From Hyphomicrobiaceae bacterium (lineage in GTDB: Bacteria; Pseudomonadota; Alphaproteobacteria; Rhizobiales; JAKIUO01): a stretch of 40,846 bases of DNA. The stretch is from contig JAKIUO010000001.1 of NCBI GenBank assembly GCA_021647535.1, forward strand, positions 1-40,846, written 5' to 3'. The first letter of the stretch is position 1; each line of letters starts with the position of its first letter. The notes beneath the pieces are model-generated. The model had not been told where the DNA came from. It did not search any database and saw nothing but the letters and a program-made list of their open reading frames with translations. The position numbers were made by a program, and so were the translations under genes. This document shows, one piece after another, positions 17,190-26,664 of the stretch.

Positions 17190-19502
17190 TTACTTATCGC
17201 CAACCAAACCGTTCAAATCACTCGTGGAGGATTGAAATCCACCCAGGTGTTTAAATTCCACACGAAAGGAAATTGTCGTATCACCATCCAAGCCGAGGTC
17301 AACGGGTGTTGTGCGATTATAATTCACACCGAACAGAAAACATTCATCAGCATATGTGATCCCACCACCATGATTGTCGATCTTCGAATCAAGGATATCA
17401 TACCTAACATTACCAGTCAGAGACCAATATTGGGTAAGTTTGATGCCAGCACTGCCCGTCACCTCTTCACCAATGAGATCACTGGTCTCTAGTTTAGGCA
17501 ACTGCTTGACATAGTTGGCACTGGCTGTAAAGGGACCATAACTCATCCAGCTATGAATATCTGTACGACGAAGCTCGAAATCCTGCTGGTCAAACCGTCC
17601 CTGTGCGATCAATCCGAAATGTTTCGAGGGTTCAAAGTAAAATCCCCCGACATAATCAGACCGAGTTGTTTCAAGCCCACTTTCGTTAGCCTCTTTAAAG
17701 GGATTAACCCCCTGTAACTGATAGCTTTGTCCAAAAACGGTCCGAATATTCCCGCCATCAGGAAGGTTTATGGTATAGCGCACACCAACATTGGCGCGAG
17801 CACCGGTTTCAAGTCGGTCATACCCAGAGAATTTATTACTATCAAACAAGAGCGTATCGTCAAAAACCAAGCTTTGAGCGTCTTCATTCGGCAATCTATT
17901 TTGGAGTTTCTTATTATCAGGACGATAAATAACCTGTCCGATCGGCTCTATAATATGACTGCTATTTCCCAGATTCGCGATAAAGGGATAACGATATTCG
18001 AGACCAGCCAGAACGGTTCCACGTGTTTCGGTTCTGATCTTATTATTATCGTCAGGGTCGGCAAAGCGATAAACATCACCACGGGCATTGGCAAAGGGAG
18101 TGATCACCTGGCCTATCGGATCAACCAGTTCTTTGCGCCAGCCGATATCTGCGGACAGACGGCTTGAGTTTTCCGAAACCTTGGTCCATCCTTGATTTAT
18201 GGCAGGATTAGAATCTCTGGTGAGGGCAACGGCGTTTGCGTTGAAGCTGAACTCGCCCCCCAAAACCGGGCTGTTCAAAATATAATTATAATCAACGATC
18301 GGCAGCACCCATGAATTGGAATCGGCTGTATCTTCTTGAACAAGCCCACCGAACCTGTAAGTACGCACCGACATATAATTCCGTTCACTTTGCCCAGTCA
18401 GATAGACCTGAGAAACCCGGTCAGTTACATAGATATTATCCAGTTTGTAGAAGCGCCGAAACTGATCGTCGGTCTCCACTGTGGCATCCCATCCGAAATT
18501 CCAGAAACTACCAAGCTTGAAATTACCTCTTGTAACAACACTACCTCGGAAGTTGCGATCGTCAGGCGTGCCAATTGCAGGCGTACTGTCATAGGCACCA
18601 GCCATATCAATCGTATAAGAGCCATTGGCCAGCCGATGGCGCCATTCACTTTTCAGCATTTGTCCAGCTTCTGTCGTAATAACAGGCGTAACCGTAACGT
18701 CGTAATTCTTTGCCAGAGCAATATAATAAGGAATTTCACTGATATAGCCCAAATCGCCTGAATAGGTGATACTAGGGGTTAAAAAGCCAGATTGGCGTTT
18801 CTTGCTTGGATCTGGGTGTTGGAAGTATGGCACATAAACCAACGGCACACCCATAAACTCAAATCTGGCATCCTCATATGAAATGGTCTGCGCTTCTTTA
18901 TTATGAATGACTTTCTTAGCCTTGATGCGCCACAAGGGTGCTTTTTCGGGATGTTCCCGGCAAGTCTTACAAGGTGTAAAACTACCATTTTCAAATATGG
19001 TAGTGTTTCCAGCAACACGGGTGGCACGATCTGCAGTGATCGTAGAATCATCGCTGGTTTGTATTTTAAGGGATTTGATAAAGCCCTCACGAAAGTCATC
19101 AGTCAACCGGATGCGTTCAGCTTTTACAATCGCACCATCAGGTTCTTTAATTCTGACATTGCCTTCAGCAAGCAGAACATTGAGATTGCGATCATAAATG
19201 ATCTCATCAGCCAGCAACGTGTACTTATTATAAAAAACCTCAACATTACCCTTGGCGCGGACTTTGTTGTTTTTATTATCGTAGATCAGTTCATCAGCCT
19301 GCAACAACATCGGAGCATCCGGGTTGGACTTCAGACTAGGATCCAGAATCGGGTTTTGTTGTGCAATAGAGGATGTAACCGGTAAAACCAGGATAGAGGT
19401 CAGGCATGTTATAAGGCACAGAAGTGCAACCATGCGCATACGCAATAATACTCCCCCGGCCAAGTGACCAAAATCAGTCAGATTGGAAAACCTATACTTC
19501 AT
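17190..19502 (-). CDS. lptD: LPS-assembly outer-membrane protein LptD
   Basis: 770 aa. OstA-like N-terminal region (LLQADELIYDNKNNKVRAKGNVEV...LLADEIIYDRN) followed by a long beta-barrel-type sequence rich in aromatic-X-aromatic strands. Sits upstream of surA. The signal peptide MRMVALLCLITCLTSILVLP suggests an alternative start at 19439 or 19433, with a GGGGGAG SD upstream. Confidence 0.9.
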   Translation of the reverse strand: MKYRFSNLTDFGHLAGGVLLRMRMVALLCLITCLTSILVLPVTSSIAQQNPILDPSLKSNPDAPMLLQADELIYDNKNNKVRAKGNVEVFYNKYTLLADEIIYDRNLNVLLAEGNVRIKEPDGAIVKAERIRLTDDFREGFIKSLKIQTSDDSTITADRATRVAGNTTIFENGSFTPCKTCREHPEKAPLWRIKAKKVIHNKEAQTISYEDARFEFMGVPLVYVPYFQHPDPSKKRQSGFLTPSITYSGDLGYISEIPYYIALAKNYDVTVTPVITTEAGQMLKSEWRHRLANGSYTIDMAGAYDSTPAIGTPDDRNFRGSVVTRGNFKLGSFWNFGWDATVETDDQFRRFYKLDNIYVTDRVSQVYLTGQSERNYMSVRTYRFGGLVQEDTADSNSWVLPIVDYNYILNSPVLGGEFSFNANAVALTRDSNPAINQGWTKVSENSSRLSADIGWRKELVDPIGQVITPFANARGDVYRFADPDDNNKIRTETRGTVLAGLEYRYPFIANLGNSSHIIEPIGQVIYRPDNKKLQNRLPNEDAQSLVFDDTLLFDSNKFSGYDRLETGARANVGVRYTINLPDGGNIRTVFGQSYQLQGVNPFKEANESGLETTRSDYVGGFYFEPSKHFGLIAQGRFDQQDFELRRTDIHSWMSYGPFTASANYVKQLPKLETSDLIGEEVTGSAGIKLTQYWSLTGNVRYDILDSKIDNHGGGITYADECFLFGVNYNRTTPVDLGLDGDTTISFRVEFKHLGGFQSSTSDLNGLVGDK

Positions 19503-19520
19503 TGAAATGCCCCACGCATT

Positions 19521-20600
19521 CTAACCATCTTCTTGATGTATTAATACGCTGGTCGCTAGCAAACATGCAATAGCAGCAGGTCCCCAGGCCGCAAGTATTG
19601 TTGAAGTGTGTCCTGATAGCCCCATATTTCTCGACATCTGGGCAAAAACAAAGAAAACGAAACCAGCCATCAGTCCAAAGAAAATCAATTTTTGCACATT
19701 GCCAAATCGGAAGGATTGCAAGGAGCACGTCGCCGCAAGCATCACCATGGCAATCATCCACAATGGTCGCGACAGCAAGGTTTGATATTGCAGACGGTAT
19801 TGTTTGGCCGGGAGTCCTGCTTTTTCAGCAATTTTTATGAATTTTGGCAGGTCCCAGAAGGAAATATTTTCGGCCGCCCCAATCGAGTCCTGAATCTGGG
19901 TTTTTGTGAGATAGGTACTGACGATATAGCGCTTGAAAAGCATCGTTTTTTCATTTGCAGCAGAAACTCTGGCCCCCTCAAGAACCCAACGCCCGTCTTT
20001 GAGAATCGCTTTTCGAGCATCAATACGTTCCTTGAAGATATGCTTCTGGTCATATTGGAAAAAAGTGACTTCTGATAAAATCGCGCCTTGACCTGCTACA
20101 TGCTCAGCAATCAAAACGGATTGACCATCTGGCCCATCCTCACGAAGCCAGGCGGCTTTTCTTGTCACCAATAGCTTTTTTTTCTGGTTGGAGAGTTCTC
20201 TTTGATAGGTCTCTGAATAGACTTTGGAAATAGCCGCAAGCGGATTATAGGCGGTGGAAGCCAGTATGCCGATCAGACCTCCAACATATAGAGCCGGCCT
20301 GATAAATTGCCATACTGACATGCCCGAAGAGCGGGCAATAATCAATTCAGAGTTTTTTGACAGGACCAGAAAGGAGCCAATGCTGCCGATCAGAACCGCA
20401 AAGGGCATGGACAGTTCCGCAAATGAGGGTACACGCAGCAATGAGATATACATTGCGTCGAATACAGTTCCATTCTTTTTTAGGGTAATGCGCATCATTT
20501 CGATGAGGTCAATCAAGAAAATCAGGCACATGCAGAGCACGAATACAGAGATGATGGAGATCGTGAATTTTCGCAATATATAGCGCGACAAGGTTTTCAT
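19521..20600 (-). CDS. lptG: LPS export ABC permease LptG
   Basis: 359 aa YjgP/YjgQ family. N-terminus MKTLSRYILRKF, six TM helices and a periplasmic beta-jellyroll insert. ATGA overlap with the lptF stop. Confidence 0.92.
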   Translation of the reverse strand: MKTLSRYILRKFTISIISVFVLCMCLIFLIDLIEMMRITLKKNGTVFDAMYISLLRVPSFAELSMPFAVLIGSIGSFLVLSKNSELIIARSSGMSVWQFIRPALYVGGLIGILASTAYNPLAAISKVYSETYQRELSNQKKKLLVTRKAAWLREDGPDGQSVLIAEHVAGQGAILSEVTFFQYDQKHIFKERIDARKAILKDGRWVLEGARVSAANEKTMLFKRYIVSTYLTKTQIQDSIGAAENISFWDLPKFIKIAEKAGLPAKQYRLQYQTLLSRPLWMIAMVMLAATCSLQSFRFGNVQKLIFFGLMAGFVFFVFAQMSRNMGLSGHTSTILAAWGPAAIACLLATSVLIHQEDG

Positions 20601-21748
20601 GTCGTGGCTCCTTCACTCGATTTCTTGTTCAGTTTTCGCAACCTGCCCTTTAGTCCTGAGCCCGCGCCTCTGCTTTGTATAATATAGACGGCAAGAAGGA
20701 TGCCGCATACAGGTATGCCATAGACAAGAAATATCGCAGCTTCGTTTTTAGCAAGTACATTTACGGATAATAGACCGCCCAGACGAGCGCCACTGGCCAT
20801 AACGAGGGCAATGATGACATTCTTCATACGGTCCTCACGTGTGGTTCGCGGAAAGCCCAGCATGGCGATGGCGACCAACACGAACAAAATGGGATAGAGC
20901 GGATTGGATAAACGATCATGCAACTCCGCCCAGAAACGTCCCGGCCTATGTTTGAAATAATGGTTCTCCGGGTCTGGTGAAATCAGTTCACCTATATAGC
21001 TTTCATAAGTCTTATAATCTATTTTTTTACCCTTATTACCCCCAAAACGCGACAGATCAAAAATATACTGATCAAAGGCGATAATCTGCACTTCATTGTT
21101 CTTTTTTGAGCGACGGTGAATATGCCCTTCATACATCACCAGAAAGGCACTACCATCCTTTTTGATGATTTTCGAATGGTCAGCCATATAGGACATGATC
21201 TGATCTTCACCTCTGGCATCATGCATGATGAAACCCAGAATATCTCCATTATCCGCCCGAGCCCGAATATGAAAAGTCAGATTGGCAATCGGCGTTGTAA
21301 AACGCCCTGGTTGGAGTACATGGGAAATGAGGTCCGTACGTACCTTGATAATATAATTGCGTAATTCACGTTGTGCAGTGGGCTGCACATAAGCATTATT
21401 GGCAAATATCAACAAGGTGACGATGAAGCCCAGCAACAAGAGCGGCCAGGCAAATTTCCATCGACCGGCTCCAGAGGCCGCCATCACAATGATTTCACTG
21501 TCCCCACTGAGCTTGTTGAGCACATGGGTGCAGGCAATCAGCAGCGCTATGGGCATGACAATGCCAATAATCTGCGGCATGGCCAGCATGGTCATATAGA
21601 TAAAAATACCGAATGTCTGCCCCTCACTGGTCATCAGCTTGATATCTTTAAGAGCAACAGATACCCAGATAATGATGATGAGGGTCACCAAAATCATTGT
21701 TACCGCAGTGGCCGTCTGGCGAAAAATATAGCGACTATAGACACCCAT
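20597..21748 (-). CDS. lptF: LPS export ABC permease LptF
   Basis: YjgP/YjgQ family. Homologues start M..(I/Y)..RYIFRQ, so I prefer the ATG at 21748 (MGVYSRYIFRQT, with GGGAGAAAAAAGG upstream) to the track start at 21787. Confidence 0.9.
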   Translation of the reverse strand: MGVYSRYIFRQTATAVTMILVTLIIIIWVSVALKDIKLMTSEGQTFGIFIYMTMLAMPQIIGIVMPIALLIACTHVLNKLSGDSEIIVMAASGAGRWKFAWPLLLLGFIVTLLIFANNAYVQPTAQRELRNYIIKVRTDLISHVLQPGRFTTPIANLTFHIRARADNGDILGFIMHDARGEDQIMSYMADHSKIIKKDGSAFLVMYEGHIHRRSKKNNEVQIIAFDQYIFDLSRFGGNKGKKIDYKTYESYIGELISPDPENHYFKHRPGRFWAELHDRLSNPLYPILFVLVAIAMLGFPRTTREDRMKNVIIALVMASGARLGGLLSVNVLAKNEAAIFLVYGIPVCGILLAVYIIQSRGAGSGLKGRLRKLNKKSSEGATT

Positions 21749-22045
21749 GCAACGACCTTTTTTCTCCCGCAAGGGAACAGATGACAATGAATTTTCCGAA
21801 TACTGGAATCATTTGAAGCTTACGAAGACCAGCAGCATGGATCAAGTTGCTAGTCACATATACAGCCAACAACATGACAAGGTGTTGGAAATTGGACCAT
21901 AGACAAAAATTCAACTTGCAACACAGGTGCTAAAGATTAAGTTGACGAATGATCAAGAATTAAAACTCTTCCAAACATTTAGACCAACCCGTTTCATCTG
22001 CCCACCGCAGTTCCTGAAACAGTAAATATCACATTGAGAGACAGT

Positions 22046-23557
22046 ATGGCTTCAAAAATTGCAATTGACTTCATCGCGCAGGACCTCCCGGAAACAGGTA
22101 CAGTAGTGCTTTTTTCCGGCAGTAAAAAAAGCTTTAGTGCGCTCCTGAAAAAACTCGACAAACAGTGTGAAGGCCAAATTAGCAAGGCCATGTCGGTGTC
22201 CTCCTTTGAGGGCCAGGAAAATCAGCTGATTGAAATACTATCCCCCGCCAAACTCAACCTCTCACGCATACTGGTGTTAGGCCTTGGCGACGAAACGGCC
22301 AGCGAAAATCGCCAGTGGATGAATATTGGCGGGCGTATCGGCGCTTGTGCGGCAAGTGATCCACAAGGGCTGGTGACCATCATGGCTCAGGACATTGGCG
22401 ACAAGCATGTTTTCACCCCTGATGCCGTCGCCTCAATGGCCACTGGTTATTTGATGCGGCGCTATGAGTTCGACAAATACAAGAAAAGCACAAGTGAGAA
22501 AGCCAGCAAGCCAAAGCATACGATCAAAACAGTTGCACTGGCCTGCAAAAATGTGAAGGCGTGCGCCAGTGCCTATAAACCGCTTGAGGCCTTGCGCGCG
22601 GGTGTGTTTATGGCACGTGACCTTGTCAACGAACCGGGCAATATATTGGGGCCGGTTGAATTCGCCTTGCAGATCCGCGAGCTTGAAAGCCTTGGCTTGA
22701 AGGTGACCATCCTTGATGAGGCCGAAATGGCCGCCAGTAAAATGAACGCCTTACTGGCAGTTGGACAAGGGTCTGTACGCGAGTCGCGTTTGGCAATCAT
22801 GCAGTGGAATGGTTCAGACAATGCCAAAGACAAGCCTTTGGCCATTGTCGGCAAGGGGGTGACCTTTGACAGTGGCGGCGTCTCTATCAAACCCTCGGCT
22901 GGCATGGAAGACATGAAGGGCGATATGGGCGGCGCGGCCTGTGTCACCGGCCTTATGCGTACGTTAGCGACACGCAAGGCCAAAGCCAATATCATCGGCG
23001 TCGTTGGTCTCACAGAAAACATGCCCGATGGCAAATCTTACAGACCCGGCGATGTGGTGACCTCCATGTCTGGCCAGACCATTGAAGTTCTCAATACGGA
23101 TGCCGAGGGCCGACTGGTGCTGGCTGATGTCCTGACCTATACGATCAAGCATTACAAGCCGACTGCCGTCATTGACCTTGCCACCTTGACCGGAGCTATT
23201 CTGGTCGCACTTGGCAAAGAATATGCCGGGCTGTTTTCGAACAATGAGCGGCTGGCCAAACGCTTGTTGAAAGCTGGCGAGGTCAGCGGTGAAAAACTGT
23301 GGCGTATGCCCCTTGGCAAAGCCTATGACAAGCTCATCGACAGTCGCATTGCCGATATGAAAAACACCGGTGGGCGTCTGGCTGGTTCCACCACTGCTGC
23401 GCAATTCCTGCAACGCTATGTCGGCGATACCCCCTGGGCGCATCTGGATATCGCAGGAACAGCCATGGCCTCACCAAAGTCACATATCAATCAGAGCTGG
23501 GGTGCCGGTTTTGGCATCCAGTTGCTCAATGAATTGATCATGGAACATTACGAGTAG
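22046..23557 (+). CDS. pepA: Leucyl aminopeptidase (M17)
   Basis: VGKGVTFDSGGVSIKP, NTDAEGRLVLAD and HLDIAGTA. Divergent from lptFG, as in E. coli. The start is set at ATG 22046; the track start at 22034 is a TTG. Confidence 0.94.
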   Translation: MASKIAIDFIAQDLPETGTVVLFSGSKKSFSALLKKLDKQCEGQISKAMSVSSFEGQENQLIEILSPAKLNLSRILVLGLGDETASENRQWMNIGGRIGACAASDPQGLVTIMAQDIGDKHVFTPDAVASMATGYLMRRYEFDKYKKSTSEKASKPKHTIKTVALACKNVKACASAYKPLEALRAGVFMARDLVNEPGNILGPVEFALQIRELESLGLKVTILDEAEMAASKMNALLAVGQGSVRESRLAIMQWNGSDNAKDKPLAIVGKGVTFDSGGVSIKPSAGMEDMKGDMGGAACVTGLMRTLATRKAKANIIGVVGLTENMPDGKSYRPGDVVTSMSGQTIEVLNTDAEGRLVLADVLTYTIKHYKPTAVIDLATLTGAILVALGKEYAGLFSNNERLAKRLLKAGEVSGEKLWRMPLGKAYDKLIDSRIADMKNTGGRLAGSTTAAQFLQRYVGDTPWAHLDIAGTAMASPKSHINQSWGAGFGIQLLNELIMEHYE

Positions 23558-23564
23558 TTCGAGC

Positions 23565-23615
23565 CACACCTACCATTCGCTTTACATAATATCTGTTATG
23601 CGAATGGTGGGTGTG
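23565..23615 (+). other. Strong stem-loop immediately after pepA (possible terminator or mRNA stabiliser)
   Basis: CACACCTACCATTCGC (23565-23580) pairs with GCGAATGGTGGGTGTG (23600-23615). That is 16 bp with one G-U pair and a 19-nt loop. It is followed by (TATC)x3 at 23616-23627 rather than a U-tract. Confidence 0.5.
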
Positions 23616-23662
23616 TATCTATCTATCTGATATAACTTGTTTTTCACTAAAGGCTGTGTGTG

Positions 23663-24466
23663 ATGCCTGATGATAATATGGCGCGACTGCTGAAAATCAT
23701 GGCGGCCTTGCGCACGCCGGGTACTGGCTGCCCGTGGGATCTTGAGCAGGATTTCAAATCCATCGTCCCCTACACTCTGGAAGAAGCGCATGAGGTCGCT
23801 GAAACCATTGAGCAAGGGGATATGAACGCCCTCAAAACAGAGCTTGGTGATCTGTTGTTTCAGGTGGTGTTCTATGCCCGTCTGGCGCAAGAGCAGAACC
23901 TCTTTGATTTTTCCGATGTCGTTGAGGCTGTCAATGAGAAAATGGTACGTCGTCATCCACATGTATTTGGGGAGCAGGACAAGGCCCTGTCGAACGAGGA
24001 CATAGAAGGTCAGTGGGAACGTATCAAGGCTGCCGAGAAAGAGGCCGGTGGGCAAGCTTCGAAAAAGAGTATTCTCAAGGGGGTGCCGCTCACACTACCA
24101 GCGCTCAGTCGAGCCATAAAACTGCAAAACAAAGCTGCCCGCGTTGGCTTTGACTGGCCCTCGCTCGCGCCGGTGTTTGACAAGATGCGGGAGGAGCTGC
24201 ATGAGCTGGAGCACGAGATCGACAGTCAGTCTTCTCCTGAGCGTATTGAAGACGAGTTCGGTGATGTGTTGTTTGTCGTGGCCAATGTGGCGCGTCACCT
24301 GAAAATCGACCCTGAACAAGCCCTGCGCCTTGCCAACAACAAGTTTGTGCGCCGCTTTGAGGTCATTGAAGAACTGTTATCAGTTGCGGGCAAAAACCCG
24401 GCAGACAGCAATCTTGAAGAAATGGAAGAGTTTTGGCAAATCGCCAAGCAGCGTGAGAAAGCCTGA
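23663..24466 (+). CDS. mazG: Nucleoside triphosphate pyrophosphohydrolase MazG
   Basis: Tandem MazG domains: GCPWDLEQDF, LEEAHEVAE, ELGDLLFQVVF, then a second repeat with ELHELEHEI and EFGDVLFVVANVARH. ATG 23663 lies 9 nt after TAAAGG. Confidence 0.92.
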   Translation: MPDDNMARLLKIMAALRTPGTGCPWDLEQDFKSIVPYTLEEAHEVAETIEQGDMNALKTELGDLLFQVVFYARLAQEQNLFDFSDVVEAVNEKMVRRHPHVFGEQDKALSNEDIEGQWERIKAAEKEAGGQASKKSILKGVPLTLPALSRAIKLQNKAARVGFDWPSLAPVFDKMREELHELEHEIDSQSSPERIEDEFGDVLFVVANVARHLKIDPEQALRLANNKFVRRFEVIEELLSVAGKNPADSNLEEMEEFWQIAKQREKA

Positions 24467-24474
24467 CACCCAGA

Positions 24475-24662
24475 GCCATTCAATTCTCAAGGTTTTGCTG
24501 CGCAAGCGGGCTATCGCCCACACCCATTCGGGGAAAGCATCCCCGAACCCCTGCTTTTTTTTATCATCAAATTCAAAAAGTAAGGGGTTTGGGGAACTCG
24601 TTCCCCATGCGGGTACGGGCGGCAGCCCGGTCGCGAAGCGAATTTGCGTTAGAATTGAATAC
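24475..24662. repeat. Palindromic intergenic repeat element, copy 2 (bidirectional terminator-like)
   Basis: Terminal inverted repeats GCCATTCAATTCT / AGAATTGAATAC. Arm hairpins TTCGGGGA-aagca-TCCCCGAA (24527-24547) and TGGGGAA-ctcg-TTCCCCA (24590-24607). A/T-rich centre with T8 at 24555-24562 and A5 at 24575-24579. Homologous to 4109-4296 in reverse orientation. Confidence 0.85.
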
Positions 24663-24679
24663 CCCAAGCCTGATACCAA

Positions 24680-26008
24680 CTATAATTTTTTTGTGCGCAA
24701 ACCGGAACGGCGGTTTTCCAGCTGTCCCATAACCTGTGATGATCCTCGCACGACAAGATCACAAAAACCGGTTTCATCGCTAACCTGGCGAGACACAAGC
24801 TGGGTGTGTTCCAATATCCAGTGCATCAAGGCTCCATCCTCTGGCGCGACGCTGAGATGTATTTTGCTGAACTGCTCGGTCAGCCGGCCCTCAATGAGCG
24901 CCAGTAATTCAGACATGCCTTCTCCAGAGATCGCCGAAACGCCGACCAGATGATCGGCCAGCGCTGCTTCATTAAGGCAGCTCTCTCGTGCAGGGGCCGG
25001 GAGCAGATCAATCTTGTTCCAGACTTCTATAATCCCGGTCTCTTCGCTGGATGCATTAACGCCAAGCTCTTCGAGCACCTCAACCACATCATTTTTCTGG
25101 GCTTCGCTATCTGGATGGGAGATATCGCGGATATGCAGCAAAATGTCAGCTTCCAGGACCTCTTCCAAAGTCGCTCGAAAAGCAGCGACAAGGGTGGTTG
25201 GCAGATCAGAAATGAAGCCCACCGTATCGGACATTATGATTTTACCAAAGCTTGGCAGCTTGACTTCGCGCATGGTTGGGTCAAGCGTTGCAAACAGCAT
25301 ATCCTGCGCCATCACATTTGCTCCGGTGAGGTAATTGAACAGGGTGGACTTGCCCGCATTGGTATATCCTACCAGAGCAACAATGGGATAAGGCACCATT
25401 TTCCGGGCCTTGCGATGCAATTCCCGCGTCCGTTTTATCTTGTTGATATCGCTTGATATTTTTTCAATTCGACCCCGTATCTGGCGACGATCAGCTTCGA
25501 TCTGTGTTTCTCCGGGACCGCCAAGAAAACCAAATCCGCCGCGTTGGCGCTCCAGATGGGTCCAGGAGCGCACCAGTCGACTTTTTTGATATTCAAGATG
25601 AGCCAGCTCGACCTGCAGACGTCCTTCCTTGGTGCGGGCACGCTCGCCAAAAATTTCGAGGATCAACCCAGTGCGATCCAGCACCTTGACGTCCCATTGT
25701 TTTTCCAGATTACGTTGCTGAACAGGGGTCAAAATATGATCGACAATGACAAGCTCAATGTCGTCAGCGTCAATTATCCCCTTCAATTCAAGAATTTTAC
25801 CTTCGCCAAACAGGGTGGCAGGACGCGGTTTTTTCAAAACCATGGTTTCAGAATGAACGATGTCCAGAGCAATCGCATGTGCAAGACCTGCGGCTTCTTC
25901 CAGGCGCGCTTCTGGTGAATGTCGTTGCACCGAAGCGACCTTGTTCACACCTGACCCTGCAGGTGATTTTGCAGCTGCATAATATGGTATGACAGGTGCC
26001 AATACCAT
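24680..26008 (-). CDS. hflX: GTPase HflX
   Basis: GYTNAGKSTLFN (G1), SDTVGFI (G3) and WNKIDL (G4). N-terminal HflX domain (LVIVDHILTPVQQRNLE). Directly downstream of hfq. Confidence 0.95.
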   Translation of the reverse strand: MVLAPVIPYYAAAKSPAGSGVNKVASVQRHSPEARLEEAAGLAHAIALDIVHSETMVLKKPRPATLFGEGKILELKGIIDADDIELVIVDHILTPVQQRNLEKQWDVKVLDRTGLILEIFGERARTKEGRLQVELAHLEYQKSRLVRSWTHLERQRGGFGFLGGPGETQIEADRRQIRGRIEKISSDINKIKRTRELHRKARKMVPYPIVALVGYTNAGKSTLFNYLTGANVMAQDMLFATLDPTMREVKLPSFGKIIMSDTVGFISDLPTTLVAAFRATLEEVLEADILLHIRDISHPDSEAQKNDVVEVLEELGVNASSEETGIIEVWNKIDLLPAPARESCLNEAALADHLVGVSAISGEGMSELLALIEGRLTEQFSKIHLSVAPEDGALMHWILEHTQLVSRQVSDETGFCDLVVRGSSQVMGQLENRRSGLRTKKL

Positions 26009-26031
26009 TGAAGGTACTTTATCCTTGGTGG

Positions 26032-26289
26032 TTATAGCGAACCCTCTACTTCATTTTCCATCTTGTCAAACAGCTGAATTTGCTGGCCCGGCATGATCGT
26101 CGAGATCGCATGCTTATAGACAAGTTGTGATTGCCCATCCCGGCGTAGCAATACACAAAAACTATCGAACCAGGTCACCACACCTTGCAACTTGATACCA
26201 TTTACAAGGAAGATTGTAACAGGCGTTTTTTGTTTGCGAATATGATTGAGAAAAGTGTCCTGAAGGTTTTTTGTTCGGTCCGTTGCCAT
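26032..26289 (-). CDS. hfq: RNA chaperone Hfq
   Basis: 85 aa. [59 protein letters not shown] contains the Sm1/Sm2 motifs. Confidence 0.97.
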   Translation of the reverse strand: MATDRTKNLQDTFLNHIRKQKTPVTIFLVNGIKLQGVVTWFDSFCVLLRRDGQSQLVYKHAISTIMPGQQIQLFDKMENEVEGSL

Positions 26290-26664
26290 TATCTATCCGT
26301 TCATGATCTTGCTTGGTGAATACACACCCTGATCTGTCTTTATTATATTTTTTTAGCTCAAATAGAACCCTGAAAAATATAGCACTGCCACAATATTCGA
26401 TAAAACACAAACCCCGTATGATAATTAAATAGCAACGGGTTGTTACCCGATCCCAAAAATCATGAAACCAGTTCATAGTGATCTGAATAATCAAACAAAA
26501 GAATTCCCGCATATATTTAGAGCAATTATACTGTTGTGTCCAGATCAATCAGTCCGTATTCTGTTCTCTTTGAAGCAGAAAAATATTGAAAAATAATGGT
26601 TTTATAAAAGATTGGATGACAGACTCTGGAGCACCACCCCTGAGGACGCTAAACTATTCTACCT

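Noticed and set aside
23582-24055. 157-aa minus-strand ORF after pepA, considered as a candidate for the 'missing' holC
   Set aside because: It overlaps the clearly real mazG over nearly its whole length. It has no resemblance to chi subunits and would begin inside mazG.
24330-24953. 207-aa plus ORF and 99-aa minus ORF (24380-24679) crossing the mazG/hflX gap
   Set aside because: Both read through the palindromic repeat and into real genes in wrong frames or in antisense. Neither has an SD or motifs.
26162-26548. 128-aa ORF upstream of and overlapping hfq
   Set aside because: It is out of frame with hfq and its AT-rich sequence gives Cys/Phe/Ile/Tyr-rich junk. No SD is present.
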